Below are positions 1 to 8,600 of a stretch of 64,000 nt of DNA, piece after piece. A program made the position numbers and the translations under genes. The notes beneath the pieces are model-generated. The model was not told the DNA's origin and did no database searches. It saw only the letters and a program-made list of their open reading frames with translations. The stretch covers positions 2,965 to 66,964 of the forward strand of contig JAACPI010000002.1 in NCBI GenBank assembly GCA_009995545.1, written 5' to 3'. The stretch is from a bacterium. Lineage in GTDB: Bacteria > Patescibacteriota > WWE3 > 2-01-FULL-39-13 > JAACPI01. Within the stretch, counting starts at the first letter, position 1. Every line of letters starts with the position of its first letter.

Positions 1-346
1 ATCTAATTTTGTGTTTGCCTGTTCGCAACCTCCCACAAACATTTACAACTTTTTGGATTTTGTTTCTCCGTTCTAAAAAAACATTTAAAGCTAAACTTGC
101 CCCGGCACTAGTACCTAATAAATAAATTTCGTTTGTTTTACTTAATAAATCAATTTGCTTTAATAAACCTAATAATTTAGATTTAAATTCTTTACCATCT
201 CGCCAATAAACAGGATAAACAATAACTTTAAATTTTTGTTTTTTAAAATGATTAGTTGCAAACTCAATCCGTTTTATTGAAGAAATTGAGTCATCCCCCA
301 ATCCAGGGATTATTAATATTAATGGATTATTAAATGATTTTTTCAT
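1..346 (-). CDS. alpha/beta hydrolase family protein (runs off the left edge of the window)
   Basis: Not in the ORF track. Manual translation from ATG at 346 gives MKKSFNNPLILIIPGLGDD...IYLLGTSAGASLAL..., with a PGLG oxyanion segment and a GxSxG nucleophile elbow; frame stays open to the edge. Confidence 0.75.
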   Translation of the reverse strand, partial: MKKSFNNPLILIIPGLGDDSISSIKRIEFATNHFKKQKFKVIVYPVYWRDGKEFKSKLLGLLKQIDLLSKTNEIYLLGTSAGASLALNVFLERRNKIQKVVNVCGRLRTGKHKIR

Positions 347-352
347 GTATTA

Positions 353-1828
353 CTACCTAGAAATAATATCTAGAAGAAATAACAAATCCGACATTCCTAC
401 ATTTGTATCGCCGTCTAAGTCATACTTAGGATTATTATCATTAGGGTGACCGACTATTTGTGAGAGTAATTCTAATAAATCTAGCATATCTACCTGACAA
501 CTATCACCAACTACATTTCCTGGGCAGGGTGAAGGCAAAGTACAGGAACTATTTTCATCAATTAATCCGTCACAGTCATTGTCCACACCATCAGTTATTT
601 CTTTGGATCTATTGGAGTATTTACAATCTCCAACTACATCATTTTTAGTAAGTTCACCATAATACCCAACCATATTTAATGAGTCAGGTTCAATACGGCT
701 AAATATATCCCGTAATCCCGACTCAAAAGCCCCTAGACTAATCCATCCTGGAGCTAAGTTAGATCCCATTTTCCAGGCACCATACTGCCCACCTTCCGGC
801 TCTAGATTTCCATCCAAAAAATCTCTAAATTTTGGTTGTGTAGAATCCTGATTCCAAATCTTTTTAGTTAAGGTATTTGACAAGCTTTTAATATCGTTAC
901 GAGTATAGGTAATACCCGATCTGTAAAACTCTGTAGTGGCATACACATAATCGTTAGCATGACTAACATCGGAAGGTTGGCACCAAGAGTGATTACTATA
1001 ATCCTTACAAGCAGGCACCCCTGGAACATTTACAAAATAACAAGTAGGGTAGTCTGTTTTAATCTCTTCACAGGAGGTATTACCCCAAAAAACGGTCCCA
1101 TCATTTTCAGGCTGATCAAATTGAGAGGATCTCATTAAATTAGTCTGGACAGTAAGAATGTCTAAAATTTTAAAGGATTCTCCTTTTATCTCTATGTTAT
1201 CCTCACCAGCAAGGTAAAGGTTTAATAAAATTACTGCAGGGTGTGAGACTATGTGGTGTACTGTACTAAAACCAGGTTTAAACCTTTGGTAGCAATTTGG
1301 GTCATTGATAATATCTTTCTTAATCTTTTGAATAATTATATCTGCCCTGTCCTGATAACTTTTATCTAGGCAAGATTCATTTTTTATAATACGAACAACT
1401 CGAGAAGCCTCTTTAATTCCTCTCTGCGTATACAAACAAGATAGTCTAGGAGGGGTTGAAGCGTTATTATCATGATCTAAGGGAGAAAGGCCATTGTAGG
1501 ATTCCCATTCCATAAATCCATCACCATTAAGGTCTTTCTGCCTGTTAAAAGACCCTTCGATTAAACCCAGAGCTGAATCCAGATATTTGGTATCTTGTGT
1601 AGACTCATACATAGAAGACAAACCGGATAAATAAGGAAAGTTTGAGTACGGAACATTTAAAACATACGAGTATCTACTAGAGTTATAGAAGTCAGAGTAA
1701 ATACGGTCAAAATTCGTTTGGTACTCTTTATTGTAGGCTAATGCGTTTTGGGGATACCACGAATATAAAGTTAGGGTTATTAATAGTGTAAGAACAAGGG
1801 AATAAAAAATTTTAGGGTTGACGCGCAT
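353..1828 (-). CDS. Secreted protein: large Tyr/Trp-rich N-terminal domain, acidic metal-binding motif and C-terminal dockerin-like duplicated EF-hand
   Basis: N-terminal signal peptide. EITDGVDNDCDGLIDE resembles the MopE-related 'putative metal-binding' motif. Two C-terminal repeats (GNVVGDSCQVDMLDLLELL / YDLDGDTNVGMSDLLFLL) are typical of dockerin type I. Confidence 0.65.
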   Translation of the reverse strand: MRVNPKIFYSLVLTLLITLTLYSWYPQNALAYNKEYQTNFDRIYSDFYNSSRYSYVLNVPYSNFPYLSGLSSMYESTQDTKYLDSALGLIEGSFNRQKDLNGDGFMEWESYNGLSPLDHDNNASTPPRLSCLYTQRGIKEASRVVRIIKNESCLDKSYQDRADIIIQKIKKDIINDPNCYQRFKPGFSTVHHIVSHPAVILLNLYLAGEDNIEIKGESFKILDILTVQTNLMRSSQFDQPENDGTVFWGNTSCEEIKTDYPTCYFVNVPGVPACKDYSNHSWCQPSDVSHANDYVYATTEFYRSGITYTRNDIKSLSNTLTKKIWNQDSTQPKFRDFLDGNLEPEGGQYGAWKMGSNLAPGWISLGAFESGLRDIFSRIEPDSLNMVGYYGELTKNDVVGDCKYSNRSKEITDGVDNDCDGLIDENSSCTLPSPCPGNVVGDSCQVDMLDLLELLSQIVGHPNDNNPKYDLDGDTNVGMSDLLFLLDIISR

Positions 1829-1880
1829 AACAATATATTAACACGCATGAAATATAAAAATATTATGTAGACACACAAAA

Positions 1881-1909
1881 ACAAAAGCAAGAGGGTTTCC
1901 CCTCTTGCT
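1881..1909 (-). terminator. Rho-independent terminator downstream of the 1942..2265 gene
   Basis: Perfect 10-bp stem agcaagaggg/ccctcttgct (1886-1909), followed by a T-rich run on the minus strand. Confidence 0.8.
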
Positions 1910-1941
1910 AGTGCTTATTTTTTTAGTTCAATCGATAATAT

Positions 1942-2265
1942 TTAGTCCAAGTCCACACCATTATCATCACTTTGATCTTCGTGCTCCCCCTGAGCTGAGT
2001 CAGAAGAACTTTTATCTTCTTTTTCGTTATTCTCAGAAGATAATTCCGTTTTTTCGTTTACACTGTCTTCTGATTTAACAATTTCAGAACCAGAAGTAGA
2101 GTCTGGATTTACTTCCTTAGAACTGGTAACTTCTGCCAAAGACCCAGTGGTAATTTCGCCGTTAGCACTTACAGGTACGGAATTGTAATTGGTTAAACCC
2201 GCAAATCCTAACCCGGCAATCACCAAAGCAAGTAAAGACAATGGTATTATTTTTTTCTTATTCAT
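1942..2265 (-). CDS. Small secreted acidic low-complexity protein
   Basis: Signal peptide (MNKKKIIPLSLLALVIAGLGFAG), Ser/Glu/Asp-rich body, and a strong SD (aagaggtga) upstream. Confidence 0.7.
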   Translation of the reverse strand: MNKKKIIPLSLLALVIAGLGFAGLTNYNSVPVSANGEITTGSLAEVTSSKEVNPDSTSGSEIVKSEDSVNEKTELSSENNEKEDKSSSDSAQGEHEDQSDDNGVDLD

Positions 2266-2321
2266 TTAAATCACCTCTTTTCATTCTAACTTAATACTGT
2301 GTTAAGTTTACTAATTTGTGT

Positions 2322-2337
2322 ATGAGAGGAACGTGAA
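2322..2337 (-). promoter_or_regulatory. Putative OmpR-family direct-repeat box (TTCAC-N6-CTCAT) upstream of the small secreted protein
   Basis: 11-bp-period repeat about 11 nt upstream of a TAAACT -10; resembles the box upstream of the response regulator at 4747-4762. Confidence 0.5.
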
Positions 2338-2368
2338 TTTAGTAAGGAGTTTAAATGAGAAGCTAGGA

Positions 2369-3034
2369 CTAAAAAATTTTAAGCTGAGGGTATTTATTGT
2401 TAATAAATTTAAGGACAAAAGAGTCTTTAAAATATAGCTGAACTCTGTAAATAAAAGCTAACCAAATAAACCCGGTTAAAAACCCCGCTAAAACATCACT
2501 TGTATAATGAACACCTAAATATACCCTACTAATACCAATTAATAAAATACAAAAAGAACTTATTATGGCTAGGATTTTAGTGCCTTTTTTATTCTGGGTT
2601 AAAGCAAAGTAAAGATAAGTTACTGACACAAAAAATATTACGGCCAACATACTGTGACCAGAGGGAAAACCAAAGTCCTTTTCAATTACTAAAGGTGAAA
2701 TTAAAGGACGAGAACGCCCAACTAAATTTTTAAATATCACATTAACAACCTCCCCAGTTCCTAAAGTTACTGCAAAAATTAAAGCTAAATATCTTTTATT
2801 TTTTAAATACAAATAAAGTAAGATTAAGATTGAGGTAAACACTACTCCATACATTCCCAAAAAACTTACAAACCTCATTAAAATATTTAATACACTGCTC
2901 CTTAAAGAATATAAAAATAACCAAATAGGTTGATCGTAAAAAAAGATTGCGCCATTCATAACTTTAAAAGTTAAATAGCCCAAGAGTAAGAGACAAAATA
3001 AACTGAATACTGTTAACCTAACCTTAAGTGACAT
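2369..3034 (-). CDS. PAP2 family phosphatase (undecaprenyl-pyrophosphate/lipid phosphatase-like)
   Basis: KxxxxRxRP, FPSGHS and SRVYLGVHYxSDV motifs; multiple TM segments. Confidence 0.92.
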   Translation of the reverse strand: MSLKVRLTVFSLFCLLLLGYLTFKVMNGAIFFYDQPIWLFLYSLRSSVLNILMRFVSFLGMYGVVFTSILILLYLYLKNKRYLALIFAVTLGTGEVVNVIFKNLVGRSRPLISPLVIEKDFGFPSGHSMLAVIFFVSVTYLYFALTQNKKGTKILAIISSFCILLIGISRVYLGVHYTSDVLAGFLTGFIWLAFIYRVQLYFKDSFVLKFINNKYPQLKIF

Positions 3035-3043
3035 ATCTTTAGT

Positions 3044-4045
3044 TTAAATTGGAAGTAAAACTATAAACTCAGAACCCTTATTTAATCGGGATTTTACAAA
3101 GATCTTCCCACTATGATAATTAACTATAGATTGGCAAATAGACAACCCTAATCCGTACCCCTTTATTACAGATCTGGAATTTTCCACTCTATAAAACCGA
3201 TCGAAAATGTTTGATTTATTATTAGCACTTATGCCCATACCTGTGTCTCTTACTGATATTTTTGCCCAGTTTCGGTCTCTGACCATATCTAAAGTAATAT
3301 TACCCTTTACCGGGGTGTATTTAATAGCATTGTCAGTAAGATTGTAGAAAAGTTGACCTAAGAGCTGTTTATTACCTCTCGTAACTAAATTTTCAGAGGG
3401 TGATTTTAAAGTGACCTTAAGATTTTTTTCTTTAATATAGGGGTTTAATCTGAAAACTATGTTAGAAATTAAATCTGTTAGATCTACATTTTCACTAAAA
3501 TTTATATTGTTTTTTGGATTTTCTCTTGCTAAAAACAAAAGATTTTCAACAAGCGTTGATAAGCGAACCATTTCTTCGTTACTACTTTTTAAAATATTTT
3601 TATACTCTTTAATAGTCCGGGTCTTTTTTAAAGCCACCTCTGTTTCACCTTTTATTATAGCCAAAGGAGTTCGTAATTCATGCGAGGCGTCAGATACAAA
3701 TTGCTTTTGTTTTTCATGGGCAACTTTAATAGGCTCTAAAGACTTTTTAACTAGAAACCATGAAGTGGTAGGTACAACCAATAAAGACACCCCATTGATA
3801 ACTAATAGTAAAGCAAAAAGCTGTTCTAAAGCTATGTCCCCCGCAACAGTAACAACTGTAGTTTTAACATCCTCAAAGTCATCTGTGTCTCCGAGTTGAC
3901 TGTGCCGTTCTTTTACCTGACTAATGTAGTCCTCTCCGAAAGACTTTGTCATCCAAAAATACAAACTAAAACTAAATGCCCAAAATAAACTCAGAAACAG
4001 TAAAGAATAAAGGAGTGTTAGTTTTATTTGTACCTTTGTAAACAT
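3044..4045 (-). CDS. Sensor histidine kinase (OmpR-paired, two TM)
   Basis: H-box DASHELRTPL, N-box NLTDNAIKYT, G boxes DTGMGI and GYGLGL. Confidence 0.95.
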   Translation of the reverse strand: MFTKVQIKLTLLYSLLFLSLFWAFSFSLYFWMTKSFGEDYISQVKERHSQLGDTDDFEDVKTTVVTVAGDIALEQLFALLLVINGVSLLVVPTTSWFLVKKSLEPIKVAHEKQKQFVSDASHELRTPLAIIKGETEVALKKTRTIKEYKNILKSSNEEMVRLSTLVENLLFLARENPKNNINFSENVDLTDLISNIVFRLNPYIKEKNLKVTLKSPSENLVTRGNKQLLGQLFYNLTDNAIKYTPVKGNITLDMVRDRNWAKISVRDTGMGISANNKSNIFDRFYRVENSRSVIKGYGLGLSICQSIVNYHSGKIFVKSRLNKGSEFIVLLPI

Positions 4046-4046
4046 A

Positions 4047-4724
4047 TTATTTCTTAAGCGAAAATATATATCCAGAACCCCTTTTGGTGTGAATAAGGTC
4101 TTGGGATTTTTCTGTAACTTTTAGCTTTTTTCTAAGGTATTTAACATAGGTTTCCACAATATTTGAAAACCCTTCATAATTATAGTCCCAAACATGTTCT
4201 AAAATATTTGTTTTGGTTAATACAATATCCTGATTTCGCATAAAGTAGTCCAATAAACTGTATTCGCGCGAAGTAAGAACAATCTCCTTTTTGCACCTAA
4301 ATACGGTTTTTGTTGCGGGGTTAAGCAACAGGTCATCAAGGGTTAAAATAACTGGATCTGCTTTTTTATTTCTACGAATTAACGCCCTTATTCTTGCTGA
4401 AAGTTCATCATAAGAAAAAGGCTTAGTAACAAAATCATCTGCCCCTGCATCTAAACCCGAGACTTTGTCGGAAATTGAATCTTTTGCTGTAAGCATTAAA
4501 ATTGGAATCGATGTGTTGGTTTTTCTAATAGATCTACAAACTTCTTCTCCACTTATTTTTGGAATCATTAAATCTAAAATAACCAGGTCATACTCATTTA
4601 TTTCGTATTTTTCTAACGCCTGCTCACCATCGCGGGCAATATCTACAGCGTAGTGTTCTTCAAGTAATCCTCTACGTAGTAAATTTGCTATTTTTTCTTC
4701 GTCCTCAACAATTAGTATTTGCAC
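4047..4724 (-). CDS. OmpR/PhoB family response regulator
   Basis: Receiver domain (VEDE, LDLMIP, GADDFVTKPF) plus winged helix (VETYVKYLRKKL, TKRGSGY); GTG start. Confidence 0.95.
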   Translation of the reverse strand: MQILIVEDEEKIANLLRRGLLEEHYAVDIARDGEQALEKYEINEYDLVILDLMIPKISGEEVCRSIRKTNTSIPILMLTAKDSISDKVSGLDAGADDFVTKPFSYDELSARIRALIRRNKKADPVILTLDDLLLNPATKTVFRCKKEIVLTSREYSLLDYFMRNQDIVLTKTNILEHVWDYNYEGFSNIVETYVKYLRKKLKVTEKSQDLIHTKRGSGYIFSLKK

Positions 4725-4730
4725 CGAATC

Positions 4731-4762
4731 ATTTTACCAAACTAATATGGGAATTGTGTGAG
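4731..4762 (-). promoter_or_regulatory. Leaderless promoter of the response regulator with autoregulatory direct repeat CTCAC-N6-CCCAT
   Basis: Minus strand reads ctcac acaatt cccat attagtt TGg TAAAAT gattcg GTG: an extended -10 six nt before the start codon. Confidence 0.6.
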
Positions 4763-4772
4763 AAAACAAAAA

Positions 4773-5678
4773 CTAGTAGCAAAGGATATAAAAGTAGCTA
4801 GTTGTAGATTTAAAAGGTTCTTTAACAATTTCACCAGAATTAGTATTTTGCATAATCTCACAAGAATCGTTAAATGCACCCTTTGTAAAATTTAAAAATA
4901 ATCCCAAGCTCTCGGGAGAATCCACATTATTATTACCCATACTTAAAACAGTCGAGTAATCGTTATTCTGTAGAGCTTTTAAAGTTTGGCTATCGTGTTC
5001 TCTAGCCTGATAAGAATCTAGGTAATGGGAAAAATCTATAGAAAAAACAACAACGGTATTCTCTTTAATATTTATAGAAATCTGCTCATAAAATTTATCT
5101 AAATTTTCTTCGGTAATACCTGGCTTTAAAATAAAAGGTGTAATAGTAGTATTAGGAAGGTAAAAATGAAAATAAGGTATTAATTCTGTAACAGAGTGTT
5201 CCTTTGATAAAACCTGAGTATCCTCTCCAGCCCATTTAATTTCAGTTATCAGGCTTTTAACTAAACCGGGGTCTGTGTTGCTCTGCCCATACATACTCTT
5301 GAAGTTACTAGTAGTTGTAATCACACTGTAATCTCCCATATTCGGGTGATTTGGGCCAATTAAGATTACATTTGTAGGTTTTTGAAGCTGTAACCTTTTA
5401 AAAAAATCTGCGTGGATAAAAAAGGGCAATAAGTGGTGAGGTATAACTGCAGTTTTTATAATACGGGGATTTGAATCGGGTATAAAGTCTAACTCTAAAC
5501 CCTTTTGCAAATAAAAAGGGTTAAAACTGCTTAAATCTATAAAATCTGTATTTGTGGGCTGACCAGATTCAAACGGAACAGTAATTTTTGGATTCCAAGT
5601 AAAATAATTTAAATAATAAAATATTGCAGTGATTATTAAGAGCGATATTACTATAAAAAGTAGTTTTTTAAACCTCAC
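4773..5678 (-). CDS. amrB: AmmeMemoRadiSam protein B / MEMO1 family protein with N-terminal membrane anchor
   Basis: IPHH, LIGPNH, EHS and SIDFSHY motifs; N-terminal hydrophobic helix; overlaps the 3' end of the macroglobulin gene by 11 nt. Confidence 0.85.
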   Translation of the reverse strand: MRFKKLLFIVISLLIITAIFYYLNYFTWNPKITVPFESGQPTNTDFIDLSSFNPFYLQKGLELDFIPDSNPRIIKTAVIPHHLLPFFIHADFFKRLQLQKPTNVILIGPNHPNMGDYSVITTTSNFKSMYGQSNTDPGLVKSLITEIKWAGEDTQVLSKEHSVTELIPYFHFYLPNTTITPFILKPGITEENLDKFYEQISINIKENTVVVFSIDFSHYLDSYQAREHDSQTLKALQNNDYSTVLSMGNNNVDSPESLGLFLNFTKGAFNDSCEIMQNTNSGEIVKEPFKSTTSYFYILCY

Positions 5679-8600
5679 TATCCTCGTTTAACTCCGTGTT
5701 GGTTTTTTTACCTTTTAACTTTAAGAATGACTTTGTTTTTTGACTATATTTAGTTCTAAAAAAGATAGCTAAAAGAAATATAAATAGTACCGCAATAGAA
5801 AGAAAAATATATTTCTGGTACTCTTTGGTAAAGTTTTTGGTGATACTTGTTAATGACTTCTTAGATTCTAAATCAATTTTTACCTTTTCAGAAGCTGATC
5901 TTGCGTTTACTTCGGGAGAATACATAACTTCAGCATAGGCTCCAGGTGTTGTAAATTCACCCGCATTTATAACCCTTGCTGTGTAACTAAATACTTCCCT
6001 ATCTAAACTATTTTGGTACTTTATTACGCCGTCTGGAAGATATTCTATATCTCCCAAATTATAATCATTGTTATTGGCCTCGTTTTTTAGTTTGGTGTTA
6101 ACGGGAATCATTCCAGAGGGAAGTTTATCCTCAATAACACTATACCTATAAGGGCTTCCGGAAGTATTAACTTCAATCATCACATTTACTAAATCTCCAA
6201 CGGCTATGTTGTAATCCGGGCCTTTAGTATTAATATATTTTCTAGAAATTGTTATACCGTTAGAGGCCCCCTTATCATTTTGGTCATTCACAAACTCTTT
6301 AAAAAGAACAGTTGAATAGAGTTTACCTTCGCCATTTTTGATTATCTCTACAGTGTTATCTTTATTATTTAAGAGGTTAGAATCTACCTCTATTGTGGAA
6401 ATACTCTGACCTATAGCGGTAACCTTACCATTAGAAATAGAAATGCCGTTGATTGTTACTTCGTAATCAAAAGAGGGATTAACTTCACCAGAATTTTTGG
6501 AGTAACTTATTAAAGCATCAATAACTTTAGCTGTGGCATGGGTGTTAGACCAGTAGTAACCATTATCTTTTAACCCTGCTGTAATATAACGAACAACACT
6601 CTCACTAACTCCTTTAATTTCTTTGGATTGAGTAGAGGAATTTACCAAAGCCTTTAAAGCGGTTGCAGTAGGGATATAGTTAGAGTTGAAACGGTCTTTA
6701 TCACGGTAGTCCCAGTAAATACCATCACCAAGCTCTGATTTTTTACTTAACAATTCGTTTAAACCACTTTTACCGGGGTCTAAAACACCGAGATTGGTAT
6801 TAAGTAAAACTCCTGTTGCTGCAACATCAGCAGGAAGATTTTTAAATAAATCTGCATCTAGGGGTTTAACAGTTAACTTAGAACTAGGGTCAGTAGACAA
6901 TGCGTAAGTAGCAAAGATTCTGTCTATAGTGCTATCTGTATTAATATTATTCGCTTTGGTAAGAAGATAGCTTTTAGCCAAAGAAAGCTTATATTCGTCC
7001 ATTTCGTAACCCAAATTTTTAGACCTAATTAAATATTCGTACACATAAGAGCTTACATAGGTATCAGATTCACCATCTCCCCACCATCGCCAACCTCCAT
7101 CGTATTTTTGTAACTCCATAAGTCGGGAAATACCTTTATTTATAATTTCATCTAGGTTTTTAGCTTGTTTAAGATTAGGGAATATATTTGGATTTTCTGC
7201 AGCAATTATTGCAGGAACTAATCTACTAGTTGTTTGCTCAACACACCCATATGGATAGTAAATAAGATAGTCCATTTGAGAGAGTAAAGATGTGGCTAAA
7301 GAGGGGGCTAAGTTAATCTCTAGTTTAGAAATCTTTGGGTCATAATTTTTGCTTGGGGTGTACTTAAAGCTCGAAGAATCCGAGGAATTAAAGGCATATT
7401 TATTCCAGTATCCAGGGGTAATAGTTGGGATAGAAACCTCAACCTCGTCCGATAAATTACTTGATAGCGCTGAAAATTTAATTTTAGTATCGCCAGCCTC
7501 TTTTGGAACAAGTTTCCAAAAAAGTTGAGATATTTCTTTAGTAGCTAAACTAATTTGTTTACTCAAATTAGATTTTATATCTAAATTTTCAGACTCTAAC
7601 TTTGCCTCAATTTCAAGAGTATTTTCAGAAAAGTTTTGTATTAAAGAAGACAAAATTATACTATCCCCTACCCTTAAAATATTTGGCAATATAGGTCTTA
7701 CAACTAGGTCTTTAGATACCGTAATATCTGTTACATTCTGCCCGACGGCAGTGTCTTTAGAGGCTGCTACAGCTAAGATACTCCAGGTGGTTAAGTTGTC
7801 TGGAACCTTAAAGTTTATGTTAGCATTGCCATTTGAATCAGTAATCACGCTAGGGTTCCAGTAAGCAACATCTTTGAACTCAGATCTAAGGTTTCCTTTG
7901 TCATTATGAACCCATACGCCTCCTGCTATATAAGTATGCTCATTTTCAATTTCTAAATTGTAGACCTCAAAACTTCCTTTTATGTACTCTACAGAGCCTA
8001 CGGTTATTTGTTGGCCGTTGATACCTACTAAATGATCACCAATTTCAGTATCTGCAGCTTCTTGCCAGGTATCATTTAAATTTAAAATATGCTCAGGAGT
8101 AACTTTTAAACTCCCATTTATAATAAGGTACCCAGATACTGTGTGCTTAAAAGTTTTTAGTACCTTAGCCGTTACCATGTCTCCATTTTCATCACTACTT
8201 AAGGTACTTACAAAATCCCCAACTTTAATATCTTGAATATTTTTTGTTTTACCATTTTGCATAAGTACGTCTGTGTCACCAGCAAAACACCCTCCTCCTC
8301 TTTCTGCAGTATTTACAACTATGCCCTCTAGAGAGTGAGAATAAGTAGTATTGTTATATCTTTGATACCAAAAGGTATCGAAAATATTCCCCATTCTACT
8401 AGTAGACAACTCAAACAAGGCTTTATCCACAACCCAAACTGTTACCTCAGATGATTTATTTGCACCTGTTAGATCTTTTGTATTAATTTTTAATTCAACG
8501 TTTTCACCGGGTCCATACTTAGTAGAAGAAGGTAACAAAGAAACATTAAGTTTTTTTGACTCAGAAGAAATATCTAAAGAGTCGCTGCTAATAATGTATT

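Noticed and set aside
7903-8289. Canonical mobile intein
   Set aside because: The +1 residue is Asp rather than Cys/Ser/Thr, there is no LAGLIDADG/HNH endonuclease, and the host is an exported protein. It fits a BIL/Hint domain better.
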